Source of the DNA: Eledone cirrhosa
Lineage: Eukaryota
Length of the DNA stretch: 64,000 bases
NCBI GenBank assembly: GCA_964016885.1
Contig: OZ024743.1
Span: 189,038,001 to 189,102,000, forward strand
Direction: 5' to 3'
The position numbers were made by a program, and so were the translations under genes. Below are positions 60,322-64,000 of this stretch, in pieces. The notes beneath the pieces are model-generated. The model was not told the origin of the DNA. It ran no database searches and saw only the letters and a program-made list of their open reading frames with translations. Within the stretch, counting starts at the first letter, position 1. The number at the start of each line of letters is the position of its first letter.

Positions 60322-60557
60322 ATAATAGTAATAATAATAAATTTGAAGACTAAAATCCAAAGAGGGCTCGATAAGGATAAATATATATCAGATATATAAG
60401 AACTGTAGAGCAAATATTTATTAAATAACAGATAAATATATATAATTATAAATATGTATATATAAATATATAATTATAAATATATATATATAATTATAAA
60501 TTTATATAAATATATATATATATAATTATAAATATATATAATTATAAATATATATAA

Positions 60558-60653
<96 letters not shown>

Positions 60654-60700
60654 AATGAATAATAACAGGTAGACATCATAAAAAGGTAGTTTATTCCGTG

Positions 60701-60812
60701 TGCTTACAAGTGTTTCCACGGTGGTACTGCAGCCTAGTTCCGCTACGTGCAAATTCACAAGTATTTGCAGAACTCGAATATCCAATGCTGTGACCACTGT
60801 TTCCTCAGAGCA
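60701..60812 (-). ncRNA. Type I hammerhead ribozyme with about 85-nt stem II region
   Basis: UGCU-CUGAGGA-AACAGUGGU...ACCACCGUG-GAAA-C(ACUU)G-UA-AGCA, then AAUAAA. Confidence 0.75.
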
Positions 60813-61305
60813 GAATGGTAAATATACAATGTAAAAACCCTTAAGTGGGGTTGTTGGGGAAGATAGAGTGGAACAGGAAGAGAGAAAAGTAGGGAAGATG
60901 GAGAGAGAAGGAAAGATATGCAGGGGTTGGAGAAGTAGGAGAGAGTGGCTTGTAGATATCTTAATCAAAATGTTATGGTAGGGGTTTTATTAGTTACTTT
61001 TGGAGAGATGCGTAGATAGTTGAGGTCGGAATTATTTATTGCCCCAGAGGTCAAGTTCATAGATGTTGAGAGGGAGGTAGGTCAAAGGTGAGAGAGAGAG
61101 AGTGTAATGGATGTATAGAGAGATATATAGGTAGAGAGGGGACAGATAAAGTATATGTGGTGAGTGAACTTTTGGTTTTGTAGTAGTAATCTAGGAATTG
61201 TACTGAGTTACCATGTATAGTGGTAAGCAGTGTATTGTCTTGTAGTGTGGGGGAGAAGAGAAGGTTGTTAGCTAGAAAGTGGTGTTGTAGTTACGGGTTC
61301 GAATG

Positions 61306-63561
61306 TTAAGTTATTTTATAGTGAGAGAATTTAGCTTTTAGTTTGTGGTTGCAGTATAATGATCGTTCAATTCTATCGTTAAGTAGTTTGTTTTGGGATT
61401 TTAGTATGTAAAATAGCTCAAGGTTACATAACCTGCAGTACTTCAAACCACTCCGATATGCATTTGCGCTGGAAAGTATATCCCATTTTAAGGTGAACTG
61501 TTGGTTGTGTTCACGGAGTTGCCAGGTCTTGTTGGCGAGCGTGGTCACAAAACGGTGATTCTGATGTTTGATTGAGAATCGATGACGGTACCAGCGAGAT
61601 TTAAACGATGTGGTGGTAGATCCGATATAATACCATTTCTGGTCGTCCGATTCAACTGTGCATTGGTAAACAATGTTGGACTTTAGGCATTCAATCTGCA
61701 GTGGACATCTTTCAGGTAGATGGCAGTTACATGCTTTGTTGTGGGTAGCGGGTATACCATGGATAGGTTGTGATAGCGGTACAGGTGGGTTGTGCAATAT
61801 CCGTCTCCCATTTAGTGGTTGGGAGGCAGATATTGCGTTCTGCCCACCTGTTACTAAAATGTTTTGTTTTGTAGAGTTGTTTAATTGCCTTAAGTTAAGT
61901 TTTTTTATGTATGCTTCAAGGTTTGGTGCCGTGGAGTATGATAGTCTAATAGTTTTGGAGTTCAGAATTTTGCTGTACTTATGGGAACTAGGGAAGTGTT
62001 TATTGATTAATTTAAAGAATGAAAGAGATAGTTTTGTACTAATCGAGGCATTAAAAATAGGATTATACCAGATATACTTTCTACAACGTGATTTATTTGG
62101 TGGTGAACTTCTATTATTAGTATGTCTGGTAGTATAGTGTGTGTGTGCTTGTGTTTTAGTCCCCCGGTTACGTATACCTTGATTACGTGTAGAGCTATGT
62201 GTGTTGTGGAAATTACTATCGATGTATTCTATTGTATCCCGGTGGTCAGCATTCCTTAATGCATTATTGTAGTATTCAGCATGTTCGCTAAAAATATCAG
62301 AGTTAGACGATAGGCGAGAGATTCTAAGAGAAATACTCCGGGGAACTGATTTGATCATGGAGAGTGGGTGGTTAGAGTTAAAGTCAATATACGTAAGGTT
62401 CTCATTTACCTTGTGGAAGGGTCGTATCTGTCCGGTATTTAAATTAAGAGTTACGTCCAGAAAGTTTACTACCTTAAGATTGTATTCGTATGTTATTTTT
62501 AGGCCCAGTTCACTAAAAGATTTTCTAATATTTTTCCGTAGCCTTTCAAGATTTTGGTTATTCAAGTTATTAACTAATAAGAGCCCGTCATCTCTATATA
62601 TCCCCCCCTGTAGATTACTAAATCTACTATGTAATATGTGGGCTATGTAAATTCCCACGAGATCCGTGACCTCCGCCGAGTCGTTGGAACCCATGGTAAT
62701 ATCGAAATTTGTGGGTCTGTCCTTACGTTCCCAGTAGCAGTTATCGAACTTAATAATGGTTTTTCTAGCCTCGAGAATAATATTAATTTCTTCCTCCGTT
62801 AGGTCGGAATTGGCCTTAGCAAACGATAGGGCCTTACGTAAAGTGCTTGGTGAGATGGAAGAGTAGTATTCGTCTATGTCAAATTGTATAAACTTAGATT
62901 TATTCTTATTCTTAACATTATTAAACCAGCGAATTGCTTCGCTAGTGTTGCCCCATAATTTAATTTCAATTTTCTTTTTCACTTGAGTTATTACTCTGTC
63001 AAGTATATGTTTACTAATTTTCCCTATGTCTGATTTAGAAGGGCATATAAGTCTAATCTTAGGGTTAGAGTCAAAATTTACCTTATGGTCCTTCAGGTTG
63101 AAGGTGGGGGTAGCGGGTATAATCGGCTCGGTTCTATCGTCTATCTTGAGATTCTTTACCACTTTGTATGCCTCGTTGTTAATATTTGCTAGCGTAGTTT
63201 CATTTGTTTTTCTATATTTTTTGTGTAGTTCGTTGCGTATGAAGTTATTATACGTATCGATATCCATGGTATACACGTTAGAAGTCTTGTCAGCTTTCAC
63301 AACAATTCCATTGGTATTTTGCAATCTTCGGAGTAGTGCTTTCATGTTGTTCTGCAGCTCATTATTTCTATGTCTGTTGAACTTAATGTTCATGGTAGTT
63401 TTCAATAAGTCCTGTTCGAAAGCTTCGAGGTGAGGGTTTGTAGGTGGGTTTTTACATGATTTAAAACCATATGATTCAGACGAGTGATTGGCGCGTCCTT
63501 TATCGAAGTGGAAAGCTTTCCATCGTACACGCCGAATGAAGTCGTTACTGCGTTGAATCAT
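61306..63561 (-). CDS. PLE RT + C-terminal GIY-YIG endonuclease, uninterrupted
   Basis: RVRWKA, KADKT, LKDHK, QFDIDEYYSSI, FDITMGS, IYRDDGL, NFLDVTL; CNCHLPERC linker; IVY...YYIG....FKSR...H; CRLC. Confidence 0.92.
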   Translation of the reverse strand: MIQRSNDFIRRVRWKAFHFDKGRANHSSESYGFKSCKNPPTNPHLEAFEQDLLKTTMNIKFNRHRNNELQNNMKALLRRLQNTNGIVVKADKTSNVYTMDIDTYNNFIRNELHKKYRKTNETTLANINNEAYKVVKNLKIDDRTEPIIPATPTFNLKDHKVNFDSNPKIRLICPSKSDIGKISKHILDRVITQVKKKIEIKLWGNTSEAIRWFNNVKNKNKSKFIQFDIDEYYSSISPSTLRKALSFAKANSDLTEEEINIILEARKTIIKFDNCYWERKDRPTNFDITMGSNDSAEVTDLVGIYIAHILHSRFSNLQGGIYRDDGLLLVNNLNNQNLERLRKNIRKSFSELGLKITYEYNLKVVNFLDVTLNLNTGQIRPFHKVNENLTYIDFNSNHPLSMIKSVPRSISLRISRLSSNSDIFSEHAEYYNNALRNADHRDTIEYIDSNFHNTHSSTRNQGIRNRGTKTQAHTHYTTRHTNNRSSPPNKSRCRKYIWYNPIFNASISTKLSLSFFKLINKHFPSSHKYSKILNSKTIRLSYSTAPNLEAYIKKLNLRQLNNSTKQNILVTGGQNAISASQPLNGRRILHNPPVPLSQPIHGIPATHNKACNCHLPERCPLQIECLKSNIVYQCTVESDDQKWYYIGSTTTSFKSRWYRHRFSIKHQNHRFVTTLANKTWQLREHNQQFTLKWDILSSANAYRSGLKYCRLCNLELFYILKSQNKLLNDRIERSLYCNHKLKAKFSHYKIT

Positions 63562-63578
63562 ACTGAGAATATATTCCC

Positions 63579-63629
<51 letters not shown>

Positions 63630-63642
63630 TATATAATTATAA

Positions 63643-63673
<31 letters not shown>

Positions 63674-63676
63674 AAT

Positions 63677-64000
63677 ATATTTCGTTTCTGAATTTGTTTA
63701 GCAAAATTCTTTATCTGAAAACGTGTGTTGAAACCGATATTGTTATACTTTGGGAGGGTCATGTTGCCAATAAGAACCACACGCACCAGTTGCTTTCACT
63801 TCAATTTGTTATAATAAATTTATAAATTTAGGAATTTATAAATTTCCGGTTGGTTGGTTGGTTCCACAACCAGATGATTGTTTATATATTGTGAAAGTTC
63901 TTTCGTCACGCATTCTGTGACCTCTTCAGTGACTGGGGATTCTTTTCTTTGTTTTTCTGCCTCTCCTTTGTTCTGTCCTACGCCATCTTGTTTTTGTGTG
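63677..64000 (-). mobile_element. 3' pseudo-LTR of a second, diverged copy of the Neptune/Nematis-type PLE (runs off the window)
   Basis: Homologous to 19474-19800; hammerhead core near 63895-63935 with the 3' strand of stem I altered. Confidence 0.9.

Larger units (their letters stand above)
60648..63586 (-). mobile_element. Near full-length PLE (Hydra-clade-like, family 2) inserted in (TA)n
   Basis: 751-aa ORF, about 650-bp 3' region with hammerhead, (TA)n on both sides. Confidence 0.93.

Overview
AT-rich animal genomic DNA with no recognisable host protein-coding exon. The SINE families look like those of Octopus, but that assignment is from recall only. The window is a nest of retroelements inserted into expanded (TA)n microsatellites. 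It holds Penelope-like elements (PLEs: one Neptune/Nematis-type with direct and inverted pseudo-LTRs, plus two Hydra-clade-like families), several RTE-clade LINEs (one group with a PHD-type C4HC3 finger inside the RT, one BovB-like with three C-terminal C2H2 fingers), decayed mariner and R4-like remnants, and tRNA-derived SINEs. The main signal the ORF track does not show is RNA-level: about 16 type I hammerhead-ribozyme motifs from about 8 sequence families, plus a decayed ninth family, all folded by eye. They include U3:A8 core variants, long stem-II insertions, and a tandem/inverted array of 430-440 bp non-coding units each carrying a minimal hammerhead (44301-45827, solo copy at 51102-51562), which is a candidate non-LTR retrozyme/circular-RNA system. 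All 'IYIYIY' ORFs are microsatellite artefacts. Element boundaries are approximate unless an exact junction is quoted.
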